Shown: positions 8,500 through 18,780 of the stretch, piece after piece
Position numbering within the stretch: the stretch's first letter is position 1
How the letters are laid out: the number at the start of each line of letters is the position of its first letter
NCBI GenBank assembly: GCA_051294375.1
Contig: JBJCIZ010000630.1
Location: 1-22,247, forward strand
DNA: 22,247 bases
Source: Paraspadella gotoi
Taxonomy: Eukaryota; Animalia; Chaetognatha
Direction of reading: 5' to 3'
The notes under the pieces: model-generated
What the model was told of the DNA's origin: nothing
The model's input: only the letters and a program-made list of their open reading frames with translations
Database searches by the model: none
Translations under genes and position numbers: made by a program

Positions 8500-8925
8500 T
8501 ATTGAGTGCCAATACAACAATTTTTTATTATCAATAGTACGTTTTGACTCTGCTGGTTCGAGTCTTCATCAGCTTTGAAAAACATTAACAAAAATGCTCT
8601 ACACATTAAGTTAGAGAGAGAAAGAGAGAGTGAGAGAGATTGAGGGAGAGTTTCCAACAAAGGGCTGAGTAAAGGACAGTGGCCAGATGAGAGGACAGGT
8701 GAAGGTAAGAACAGAGAAGAAGAAGATAATTTTGAAATGGTGAAAAGTGAAAGAGAGAGAGAGAGAGAAATAATTACATTTGACAATATACAACAAAGAT
8801 AAATTTAGAAAACTTAGAAATAAGCTGAGATTTTGAATTAACAAAAGTTAAATAAGTAATAATGAAAATTGAAATAGAGGAATAGGTTGTGAGGGATAGA
8901 TAAGTTAACAGTTAAGTGAAATATA
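8500..8925 (-). mobile_element. Penelope-type pseudo-LTR remnant with a hammerhead-like motif; related copy at about 12180-12619
   Basis: Both regions share GAGAGATTGAGGG..GTTTCCAACAAAG..GATGAGA..CAGGT.AAGG and AG-rich tracts, and both have a CTGATGA...GAAAC-like motif at the equivalent end. Confidence 0.5.
8531..8578 (-). ncRNA. Minimal type I hammerhead ribozyme-like motif (core G12 replaced by A)
   Basis: Minus strand: TCAAAG CTGATGA A GACTC GAACCAGCA GAGTC AAAAC GTA CTATTGA. Stem II is GACTC/GAGTC; stem I is TCAA-AG/CT(A)TTGA. Confidence 0.6.
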
Positions 8926-9202
8926 TAAGAGAAGAAAGAGCTCAAAATGAGCTTACCTGACCCCATGATATCCCACTCTACAAAAATATCATCTCAGTCT
9001 ATGACAAGCCAATGACCCGATCATATCGTCAGCGTCCCACCTTTGTCCGCCCGAAGGGCATGGACGATGGTGACGGGTCATTGGCGCGTCAGTGGCTGAG
9101 AGGAGAGTGCGACTGAACCGGTAAATTCTGCACCGGGGATTGTACCAGGCGGAAAAATTCCCAATGCCACTCTTTTGAGCTCTTTCTTACTCTTTAAATT
9201 TC
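8918..9202. repeat. Nested inverted-repeat (foldback/MITE-like) structure
   Basis: Outer arms AGAGAAGAAAGAGCTCAAAA (about 8928-8948) / TTTTGAGCTCTTTCTTACTCT (about 9173-9193). Inner arms 8993-9031 / 9061-9100 (GCCAATGACCCG / CGGGTCATTGGC). Confidence 0.7.
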
Positions 9203-9581
9203 ATTTTAATCATTTACTTAACACTTAAAATTGTCATATTTCATTTTTCACAAATTTCATTTCATTTTTCACTACAGGCAGTCAAAACATAAGATACAAG
9301 TAGCCACCAATTTATAGATCTTGCCCTCTTGAACTCTGGGACAGTCTTTGTGTGAGTTATTAAGGACTCCATCAACTCTTAAAGATCTGCAACAAAGAGA
9401 CCCGCGCTGACTAAGCCCTTAACTAAGCGCAACTGTACTGGAACCCCTGCCCCCGGCTTCTGGTCGGCCGAGGATGAGAGAAAGGAACGACAAGGAGGAG
9501 AGAAAGCACCCCTAGGACTCTAGGCTAGAGAGGCAAGAGCAGCGTCCGGAAGGAAGGCCTTGCGTGGTTGCCCTTGCTAAC

Positions 9582-10196
9582 CTTCAGCCTTTCCTATTTG
9601 CTAAATGTTTCAATATTTCTTCTGGATTTCTTCCTTCGACGCCTCTGTTCGTTAGGCGGCGGCGTTTCCTGCGCTCTCTTGTCCGCCAGCGCGTCGCTGC
9701 CCCTGGTCGCCTCCCATGCCGCCTTTTCTTAGGCCTTCAGAAAGCCGTTTTGATTGTTCCCGGATCTGCTATACAAATTGGATTGATGTTCTAAACTGAA
9801 CTCCCTCCAGTCTGCCTCTACCCTTAGTGACGGCGATGCAAAGCATGCACCGGACTGAGCCTTCTCTAGTTCAGTCTTTGGGTATTCTCTGTTTTTAATC
9901 TTGTCTTCGGCATATTTTAGTCTGTGAGCCTCTAGAGGAGTCTGGGCTCAATGATTTAGAGAGGAAATCATCGTCGTTGGATTCTAAACCAGTTCAGGTC
10001 ACTTGACTGACCAAGGTTTCATCCGCTCCAATTTCCCATTTTTTCTCCATGTTGTTATTAATAGGAAAAACCTTCAGTTGATATCTATTATAATAATTCT
10101 CAGTTGCATCGGCCATATTCGAAACACTCGTTGCCGAGTTCATCCTGCACTGCAATAGGAATACCATCGTCGAAGGATTGAATTGTCTTTTTCCAT
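9582..10196 (-). pseudogene. Noisy inverted copy of the TRMT10-like exon (many indels; may be read error)
   Basis: Reverse complement of 13294-13613 joined to 14216-14500. Confidence 0.7.
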
Positions 10197-10416
10197 GAAG
10201 CGAACAGTATTTGTATAAAAGTTTAAATCTATGATTCTATAATAATTAAATTTGGTAACCTCGTTTAGTAAACTAAACAAAAATATTAATCGAAATTAAC
10301 GTTCAAAATGACTGCATGAAAAAGGTAAAATAAAGATTAAGAATTTTACCACAGTTCTAAAAAGTTATAATTGTCTTAATTGTCCATAAATGTCAAACTC
10401 GTTACGAAAACAAAAT

Positions 10417-10795
10417 CTATAAAAAGTTGAAAACTTTAGATTTTACTAAAATCTGAACGAAAGAGCTCCGCCCAGCGCCTGATCTGCCGGCAGAAAACGG
10501 ATCCATATAGCCGTCGGTGACCGCGAGTAGTCCGTCTTTCGCCAAACGAAAAGCGTTCCACTTTTAACTAACGCCATCTCGTATTTGGTGAAAGATTCGT
10601 CCTGGAAGGAAGATTTCCCGCAAAGTATGCGCATCGTCAAGATTCGCGCGTATTTGGATAACGCGCGAAGAAGGAGGCAGGCGACGGCGTCCACGTGCGT
10701 TGTGGTAGCGCCGCTGACAAGTCAATTGACGCGCTCGAGTCCTAAATTGCCTGATGAGGTGACCGATCGATATTATTTCAATATTTCATACTTAT
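10417..10795 (-). pseudogene. Noisy inverted copy of the MAT2B-like 3' exon
   Basis: Reverse complement of 12645-13049; retains DAVACLLL and DESFTKYEMALV. Confidence 0.75.
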
Positions 10796-11049
10796 AACAA
10801 TTCGAATAGTTTGAGAAGATAATAAAAAATCTTTAAAAGAGCATAAGTATCGGTCGCAAATCGCATAAGAAAATCCAGATTGTCAACAAATTTTATATAA
10901 AAAATAAATAAAATTTGAGAAAGAAGTTATTTATAAACAGAAAGAAAAATATATTTGAATTTCAAAAACAAGTTGAGCAAACAATGTCGATCTGCCTACA
11001 ATAATTTAAGCGTAATTGCGAATCAGATGATAAATCACCATATTTTTAA

Positions 11050-11900
11050 AATTTTTTTTGAACTCGCATCATTTTTCCACGCACATATTTTGCAACTGAT
11101 AATTTCTTCAACTCGCATTAATTCTTCAACTCGCATAATTTCTTCACTCGCATAATTTTGTCAACTTCCTAATTTCTCAACTCGCAAATTTCTTCAACTC
11201 GCATAATTTCTTAACTCGCATAATTTGCTTCAACTCGCATAATCTTCCACTCGCATAATTTTTAACTCGCATTAATTTCTTCAACTCATAATTTTTCAAC
11301 TCGCATAATTTCTTCAACTCGCATAATTTCTTTCAAACTCCAAATTTTTCAACTCGCATAATTTCTTCAATCGCATAATTTCTTCAACCGCATAATTTCT
11401 TTCAACTCGCATTTAATTTTTCAACCGATAATTTTTCAACTCGCTAATTTCTTAACTCGCATAAATTTCTCAACTCGATAATTTCTTCAACTCGCATAAT
11501 TCTTCAACTTCGCAGAATTTCTTCAACTCGCATAATTCTGTCACTCGGCATTAATTTCTTTCAACCGAATAATTTTTCAACTCGCATAATTCTTCAACTC
11601 GCATAATTTCTCAGCTCGCTTATATTTCTTAACTCGCTATAAATTTCTTACAACCGCATAATTTCTTCCAACTCGCATAATTTCTTCAATCGCATAATCT
11701 CAAACTCGGCATATTTCTTCAACTCGCTAGATTTCTTCAACTGCTATCTTCAATCTCGGCAGTAATTTCTTCAACTCGCATAATTTTCTTTTCAACTGCA
11801 TTAATTTTTTTCATATTCTTCAACTCGCATTAATTTTTCACTCGCATAATTTCTTCAATCCATTAATTTCTTCAACTTCGGCATAATTTTTCCACTTCAT
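11050..11900. repeat. 18-bp tandem satellite, consensus AACTCGCATAATTTCTTC, roughly 45 units
   Basis: Direct reading; units are head-to-tail with scattered indels and no unique spacers. Confidence 0.95.
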
Positions 11901-12192
11901 AAGTCTTTTTCAATAATATCGATTAATTAATTAATTAAACATTATTAGATAATCATATCCAAATACCAAAAAGATTCAATTCGATTTTCTTCATTTAACT
12001 CATCTTCCAGCAAAATTCCCGTACAAATATTTATAATTCTAGCATCTACACGACACTATTCTTTTCAATCTTTTATAATAATGATTATTAACGTGTCTTG
12101 AAGTGCAATCCTTCTCTTTTTCGTTTTACTATTAATTAGAGAATGACAAGTTTTTTTGTCTCGCAAACGAATTTTTATTTAGTTAAGGCACA

Positions 12193-12243
12193 GATCAATG
12201 TTTCGACTTGTGTTTACAATGCTCTCATCAAGCGTTTTGATCA
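12193..12243 (-). ncRNA. Degenerate hammerhead-like motif
   Basis: Minus strand: GATCAA..CTTGATGA GAGCATTGT AAAC ACAAGTC GAAAC ATTGATC. The core has an extra T, stem II is imperfect, and GATCAA/TTGATC closes the structure. Confidence 0.35.
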
Positions 12244-12644
12244 CCGATGAATGGTCTTTAAAAAGTTTAGTGCATAAGAAGAGAGAAGATGTGAGAAGAG
12301 AGTAGAGCAGAGATGAGAGAATTGAGGGTATAAAGTTTTCCAACAAAGTGTGGAGACAGAATAGTGTGTCAGGAATGAGAGACAGGTTCAAGGATGGAGC
12401 AGATATTGAATATAGTTGTGAAAAAGTGAAACTTAGAGAGAGGACGAGAAGAGAGAGAGCAGAGAGAGAGAGAGAGAAGGAGAGAGAAGAAAAGGTGTAA
12501 AATAAATTAATAAATAAACAGTTGTTGCATTGTGTACAACTAAAGATAAAATGCCTTTGAAGACTTAAAATTAGTAAAATCTAACAATTGTTATGTGGAG
12601 TAATTAGTTAAGGATAGAANNNNNNNNNNNNNNNNNNNNNNNNN

Positions 12645-13049
12645 AAGTAATGAAATATTGAAATAATATCGATCCGGTCACCTCTATCAGGCAATTTAGG
12701 ACTCGAGGCCGCGTCAATTGGACTCTGTTCAGCGCCGCTACCCAACGCACGTGGACGCCGTCGCCTGCCTCCTTCTCTGCCGCCGCGTTATCCAAATACG
12801 GCGCGAATCCATTGACGATGCCGCATCCGCTTCGGGAATCTTTCACTTTTCCAGCGACGAATCTTTCACCAAATACGAGATGGCGTTAGTAATGGTGGAC
12901 GCTTTCGGTTTGCCGAAAGACGGACTACTCGCGGTCACGACGGCTATATGGATGCGCGTCTTTCCTGCACCAGACTCCAGGCGCTGGGCGGAGTCTTTCG
13001 TTCAGATTTTAGTCACAAAATACCTAAAGTTTTACAACCGTTTTTATAG
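12645..13049 (+). CDS. MAT2B: MAT2B / RmlD-like NAD(P)-binding protein, 3' part (frameshifted as assembled)
   Basis: LDSVQRRYPTHVDAVA...GIFHFSSDESFTKYEMALVMVDAFGLP compared with recalled MAT2B DHWQQRFPTHVKDVA...[27 protein letters not shown]. After a frame change near 12940: DARLSCTRLQALGGVFRSDFSHKIPKVLQPFL* (TAG 13047-13049), similar to AQLDCSKLETLG...LWPFL. 5' end lost at an N gap. Confidence 0.85.
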
Positions 13050-13293
13050 ATTTCTGTTTTCGTGAACGAGTTTGACAATTCTAGGACAATTACAGACAAT
13101 TATACTTTATTGTAGGAGCTTCACTGCACTGTGGTAAACATTCTTTAATTTTAATTTTACCCTTTTTTCTTGCAGTCATGAACGTTTATAATTTCGATTT
13201 AATATTTTTTAGTTTCTAAAACGAGGTTACCAAAATTTAATTATTAATAGAATCATAGATTTAAACTTTTATACAAAACTACTGTTCGCTTCC

Positions 13294-14500
13294 ATGGAAA
13301 AGACAACTTCAATCCTTCCCGACGAATGTGTTCCTATTGCCAGTCAGGATGACCTCGGCAACGATGTCGGTTTCGAATCTGCCGATGCAACTGAGAATTA
13401 TTATAATGATTCAACTGAAGGTTTTCCTATTAATAACAAGCATGGAGAACAAATGGGATTGGAGGATGAAACCTTGGTCAGCAATGAGCCTGAACTTGGT
13501 TTAGAATCAACGACGATGAATTTCTCTCTAAATCAATTGAGCCCAGACTCTTCTCTAAGAGGCTCACAGACTCAAAATATTGCCGAAGACAAGATAAAAA
13601 ACAGAGAATACCCNNNNNNNNNNGATTTAATATTTTTTTAGTTTCTAAAACGAGGTTACCAAAATTTAATTATTAATAGAATCATAGATTTAAACTTTTA
13701 TACAAAACTACTGTTNNNNNNNNNNNNNNNNNNNNNNNNNNNNNNNNNNNNNNNNNNNNNNNNNNNNNNNNNNNNNNNNNNNNNNNNNNNNNNNNNNNNN
13801 NNNNNNNNNNNNNNNNNNNNNNNNNNNNNNNNNNNNNNNNNNNNNNNNNNNNNNNNNNNNNNNNNNNNNNNNNNNNNNNNNNNNNNNNNNNNNNNNNNNN
13901 NNNNNNNNNNNNNNNNNNNNNNNNNNNNNNNNNNNNNNNNNNNNNNNNNNNNNNNNNNNNNNNNNNNNNNNNNNNNNNNNNNNNNNNNNNNNNNNNNNNN
14001 NNNNNNNNNNNNNNNNNNNNNNNNNNNNNNNNNNNNNNNNNNNNNNNNNNNNNNNNNNNNNNNNNNNNNNNNNNNNNNNNNNNNNNNNNNNNNNNNNNNN
14101 NNNNNNNNNNNNNNNNNNNNNNNNNNNNNNNNNNNNNNNNNNNNNNNNNNNNNNNNNNNNNNNNNNNNNNNNNNNNNNNNNNNNNNNNNNNNNNNNNNNN
14201 NNNNNNNNNNNNNNNTCAGTCCCGGTGCCTGCTTTGCATCCCGTCACTAAGGGTAGAGCAGACCTGGAGAGTGAGTTCAGTTTAGACCCTCAGTCCAATT
14301 GTATAGCAGATCCCGGGACAATCACAAAACGCGCTCTGAAGCGGCTTAAGAAAAAGGCGGCATGGGAGGCGACCAAGGGGCAGCGACGCGCTGCGGAAAG
14401 AGAGCGCAGGAAACGCCGCGCCGACGAACAGAGGCGTCGAAGGGAAGAAAATCCAGAAGAAAATATTGAAACCTTTAAGCAAATGAGGAAAAGGCTGAAG
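13294..14500 (+). CDS. TRMT10A: Probable TRMT10 (tRNA m1G9 methyltransferase)-like N-terminal exon: 13294-13613 plus 14216-14500
   Basis: Acidic N-terminus, then TITKRALKRLKKKAAWEATKGQRRAAERERRKRR, resembling the Trm10 SKRQ.KK..K...WE..K..R...KE.RKRK segment. Donor AAG|GTTAGC at 14501. The catalytic SPOUT domain was not found in the window. Confidence 0.55.
13624..13715 (+). repeat. Exact duplicate of 13196-13286 between N gaps (likely scaffolding artefact)
   Basis: Essentially identical sequence, flanked by 10-N and 500-N gaps. Confidence 0.85.
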
Positions 14501-15018
14501 GTTAGCAAGGGCAACCACGGGCAAGGCCTTCCCCTCTTCCGGACGCTGCTCTTCCCTCTCTAGCCTAGAGTCTAGGAGGTGCTTTTCTTCTCCTCCCCTT
14601 GTCGTTCCTTTCTCCTCATCCCTCCGGCCGACCCAGAAGCCGGGGCCAGGGGTTCCAGTACAGTTGCGCTCTTGTAAGAGTGATGGAGGCCTTAAACCAC
14701 CAAAGACTGTCCCAAGTCAGAGGCAAGATAGGTTATTTATTAAATTAGGGCTGCGCATCGTTAGTCGAAGTTCTGATCAAGATTCCTTTATATTTCACTT
14801 CTATTCAAAACTGCAGAGTCAAGGCCAAAACAAATTATATCAATATGGGCAGATTTCGAAAGCTTGGCGTCTTGGGAAGCCAACGGAGGTAGAGCGCGAT
14901 CGAAATTTCCATTTTATCATGCCTAAAAATGGTATTTAAATGGACTGGTCAGGCCTAGTGTTCCGATAACCGTTAACTGTTAACGGTTATTAANNNNNNN
15001 NNNNNNNNNNNNNNNNNN

Positions 15019-15760
15019 CCAGGGGAGAGATAATAGATATATCAGATCGCGGGCAATCAGACGAGATTTAGACATAGATATGGAGAGATGGGCACAGAAC
15101 GGCAGCGAACGGCATGAGAGACAGGCGAAACAGCGCCGCAGCGCGGAGAGATGGAGAGGAGTGAAAGGGAAGAAAATCCAGAAGTAGAAAATATAAACCT
15201 TAAGCAATGAGGGAAAATGGCTAGAGATAGAGAAAGGGCAATTTCCAGTCACGGGCAAGGCCTTCCGCTCTTCCGGACGCTGCTCTTTTCTCGACACACT
15301 CCTCTATGCCCTAGAGTCGAGGACAGCCGTGGCGTGATCACTGCTTCGGGCCGTTAGTCGTTCCTTTCTCCTCATGTCTACCGGCGAACCCAGAAGCCGA
15401 GCAGGGGTTCTTCAGTAGCAGTGTTGCGCCTCTCTTTGTTGTACAGGAAGTGATGGAGCCTTAACCACGCTAAAAACGACTGATAGATATAGAGAAAATA
15501 GGTTTATTTATTAAATTAGGTTAGCTCGCGCAGTCGAACGTTAGTACCGACAGTTCTGAGAATCACACGCATATCTTCCATTATATCTATATACCTTCTA
15601 TTCAAAGAGAGATAGTATAGATAAGCGATATATCAATATGGAGAATTTCGAAAGTTGGCGTCTTCGGGAAGACCAACGGGAGGAGAATAGGGCGACGTCT
15701 CTCAGAATTTCCCATTTTATCATGGCCCAACAAATGGTATTTAAAATGGACTGGTCAGGC
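15019..15760 (+). repeat. Noisy tandem copy of about 14340-14954
   Basis: Same landmarks in the same order (GGGAAGAAAATCCAGAAG, GGGCAAGGCCTTCC, GTCGTTCCTTTCTCCTCAT, GGACTGGTCAGGC) with insertion-type errors; begins after a 25-N gap. Confidence 0.85.
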
Positions 15761-16349
15761 ACCGTTTTTTCGTCTCCGTTCGAGCTCAGAATAATCATTT
15801 GTAAAAAAAGGACGAATCATAATAGTACAAGTTACATGATACAAAAAGAAATAATGGTGTTAAAATTCGTATGCAAGTCTTGAGGAAAAGTTTAAATTCT
15901 TGCAATCTTGACTGCTTGATAAAGCAATCAAATGAACTGTTTTTTAGGTGAAAACTGCATAGTCAAGCCTTCATTTTTTTTTTGGTATCAAATAGAAAGG
16001 AATTCAGTTTCTTGCACGCTAAAAGCCTTTTTAAGCTAGTTCCGGTCTGTATTGAAAACGGCTGACGTTGGTTATCCAACGATGACTTCAATTAAAAATA
16101 AGCATTGATCATGCGCGATCCGGGCCATATAAAAACCACATTTCAACATAGCTTTACCGTATTTTCACGTTTTAGAACGGTTTGTGGTCTGTGTGAAATA
16201 TCTTTTGTATTTCATGCCCGCGATATCGGTGTTTGAGGCGTCGTAAATCTAACGTCGGCTCTTTAAAGAGTCTTTATTAATATACGCTGAATGATGAGGA
16301 AATTGATGAATAAAGAGTGGAGAAGAATGTTTACCAACTTTTAGTATTT

Positions 16350-16440
16350 TAAAAAAGTATGCGAGGTTGGAAAAAAGTATGCGAGGCTGGAAAAAAGTAT
16401 GCGAGGTTTTTTCAACTTGCATACTTTTTTTCAGTTCGCG
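16350..16440. repeat. Three 20-bp units AAAAAAGTATGCGAGG(T/C)TGG followed by an inverted unit
   Basis: Direct reading. TATGCGAG is the reverse complement of the CTCGCATA core of the 11050-11900 satellite. Confidence 0.75.
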
Positions 16441-17419
16441 CATCATCGCTATTACTGGTTTAAAGCTTAGTACTACGCGTAGTAGAAATCTTTGTTGGAT
16501 CAAAACGAATTAGATTTTAAGGGAAAGTTGATCGGTTTGAACCGCGATTTTCGCGAACGTTTTATTGCCATAACTTTTGAACGGATTATCCGATTTTTAT
16601 GAAATTTTGCATATAGATAGTATTTTAAATTTCCTATCGATCGGTCCCAAATTTATTGAAAAATACTCAATAGTTTAGAAACGATGCTCATCCCCAATTA
16701 AATGAATGGATAATTTTTATATTGGTTGTATCAATTTCATAAAATTCAGCTCTTTGTATTTTGTATTTATAAGTTTTAATTAGTGTTAATGTTATAGTTA
16801 TATAAATAATAAAAAATAATAATAAATAATAATAATAAACGAAAGTAATAACTATTTTAAAAATAACGTTATGTTGTTACACTTAAAAACTTCTCTTATT
16901 TACGGCTTAACATTTAGAATATGCAAATGATAATTTGGATTCGATTTCAAATCTATACTGAACAAACAAGAGACAACGTTTTTATCAAGCTTTTTTCTTT
17001 CTAAGAATGATTCTATATTTTAAAAAATGAGTTGTATCTAAAAAGTGTGGTTTGCAAAGGTAACCGACAAAATTGTTTTAGTGATTTACTCGACCATTCA
17101 TTTCAATCATAAGGTTTTTTAAATTAAAAAATAACGATTGAAGAGACAGTGATATTTGTTATGTGTTAGTTGCGTTGAATGCCCAAAATCCTGCTAGCTT
17201 CAGAAATCATCCATTTTTGTAATATACTGCGCTACTGCGTTGCAAAAATGGCCTAGGAACCAAAAATATCAGAATCCTTTTTAAATTTTTAAGCGCGAGA
17301 GCACATATCTAATTAGAGGACGACAAAGTCCGATTGTACAAAAATTGAAACAGAAGAAATAGTTTTCGGTCAAAAAGAGTCCCAATGACTTTTCCCTATA
17401 TAAAATTGTTTATAATATT

Positions 17420-17830
17420 GAAATGGCTACAACCCATATAAAAATGACCATTCATTTAATAAATAAGCTATCTTTCCCCCTGGACTTTGGACAGGCTTTT
17501 GGTGGTTTTAAGCCTCCATCACTCTTACAAGATAATGACAATGTCTCTTATTACACTACCAGAGACCTGGCTTCCCTATCAATGAATGTATAATGTTTCA
17601 AAGAATTTTCCAATTGTATGAAATACCCACTCCCTAAAGTATTCAGATCAGGAATTCTATATTATACTCAGCTCAGCATCAAAATACAAGGAGGCCTGAA
17701 TTTTAGTAAATTGGTACAACCAATATAAAAAATTATCCATTCACATTTAATAAATAGCCTATCTTGCCCCTCACTTTGCGATAAGCTTGGGTGGTTTAAG
17801 GCCTCATCACTCTTAAAATAATGACATAGC
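17420..17830 (+). repeat. Two tandem copies of a dispersed repeat; partial copies at about 371-402, 9300-9385, 14670-14745(-), 15445-15515(-) and 16705-16742(-)
   Basis: Shared GGTACAACCAATATAAAAATTATCCAT and/or ATTTAATAAATA..CTATCTT.CCC...GGTGGTTTAAG.CCTCCATCACTCTTA. Confidence 0.7.
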
Positions 17831-18344
17831 AGGAACCTGAACCTTTCAATCAAGACTCTCTTCACAAGTCTCGTTTATTCACCTCCCAGCATACCTGGCC
17901 TTCCTTATTAATAAGAATTTTATTTCATATCAATAATGATAATAATGAAGTGGTCTAAAATGTCTTCAAAGAATGTTTCAATTGTTTGTAATAATTAAAA
18001 TTTTCTTTTGCACCAATGATTGCTTATAAAAAAACATAATATTTTTTTTAATATTTTCTTAAAATTAAATTTACCGATTTTAGAATGTGAAAATGAAAAA
18101 AAAAATCCAATTTGTAATAATTTGATAGCCATGTTAATATTATTTAGATAACTTTTTAACAATATTTTTTATTATACAGAACTATAAAAACAAATTAAAA
18201 CATATAATGAATGTTTTTAAAAAAATAGTTTAATTAAAATGTTTATGCCCTCTCTTTTGCCTTCTATCACCTTACGATGACGCATTAATCTTCCATTTGC
18301 ATATTCAGTCACTCGATTTTTATTGGTTTACTAACCTTTTGAGC

Positions 18345-18780
18345 TTACTTGACCTCCGGCTGTGATCTAATTTCCATTAAATATGGTCTGATCATAGTTT
18401 TGAAAGTTTTCTTGAAAATCTGAATCTAGATTTCAGGCCACTAGTCTATGGACATTTGATTAAGGATTTAGATATCACAACAAGCCAGGGGAAATGGCAC
18501 TAGTCATCTCCGGATAATTTTCCAAACCTTGTTTTTACGTACTAGAAATGAAAAGCGAAATTTTTGCTGGTTGTCAAAAATTGTAAACGGGGCTAGGTAT
18601 GGTTAACATGTATAAATTATTACTTCGAACTTATTGAGATTAGAAAACCTCTGTCTCAAGAGCCTTGCCAAATTTTCTTTTTCATTATGACCAAACTCTT
18701 CATAGTAAACCAACGTGCGGTAAAAGTCCATTTGGTCTGGTTTGACAACATGAAATTTTATGTTAAATAAGAAATTAAAA
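18345..18780 (-). CDS. Possible NIPSNAP-family fragment, degraded or error-rich
   Basis: LFNIKFHVVKPDQMDFY resembles recalled NIPSNAP LYKLQFHNVKPECLEAY. Out-of-frame pieces follow in a plausible order (TEVF/NLNKF, ENYPEMTSAI, DSDFQENF, IRPYLMEIRSQ). No continuous frame. Confidence 0.35.

Noticed and set aside
8244-8844. F/L/S-rich 'membrane protein' ORFs (also 3880-4104 and 4555-4758)
   Set aside because: Translations of T/C-rich low-complexity repeat sequence.
9030-9065. PacBio SMRTbell adapter at the palindrome centre
   Set aside because: No adapter-like ATCTCTCTC...GAGAGAGAT sequence is visible here.
11050-11900. CRISPR array
   Set aside because: Head-to-tail 18-bp units with no unique spacers, eukaryotic context and no cas genes.
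13708-14247. Long ORFs across N runs (also 21500-22166)
   Set aside because: They consist almost entirely of unknown bases.
14501-17420. Downstream catalytic exons of TRMT10
   Set aside because: No IDxxF, YL(T/S)xD or YxIGG motifs were recognised by eye; they are absent, degraded or outside the window.
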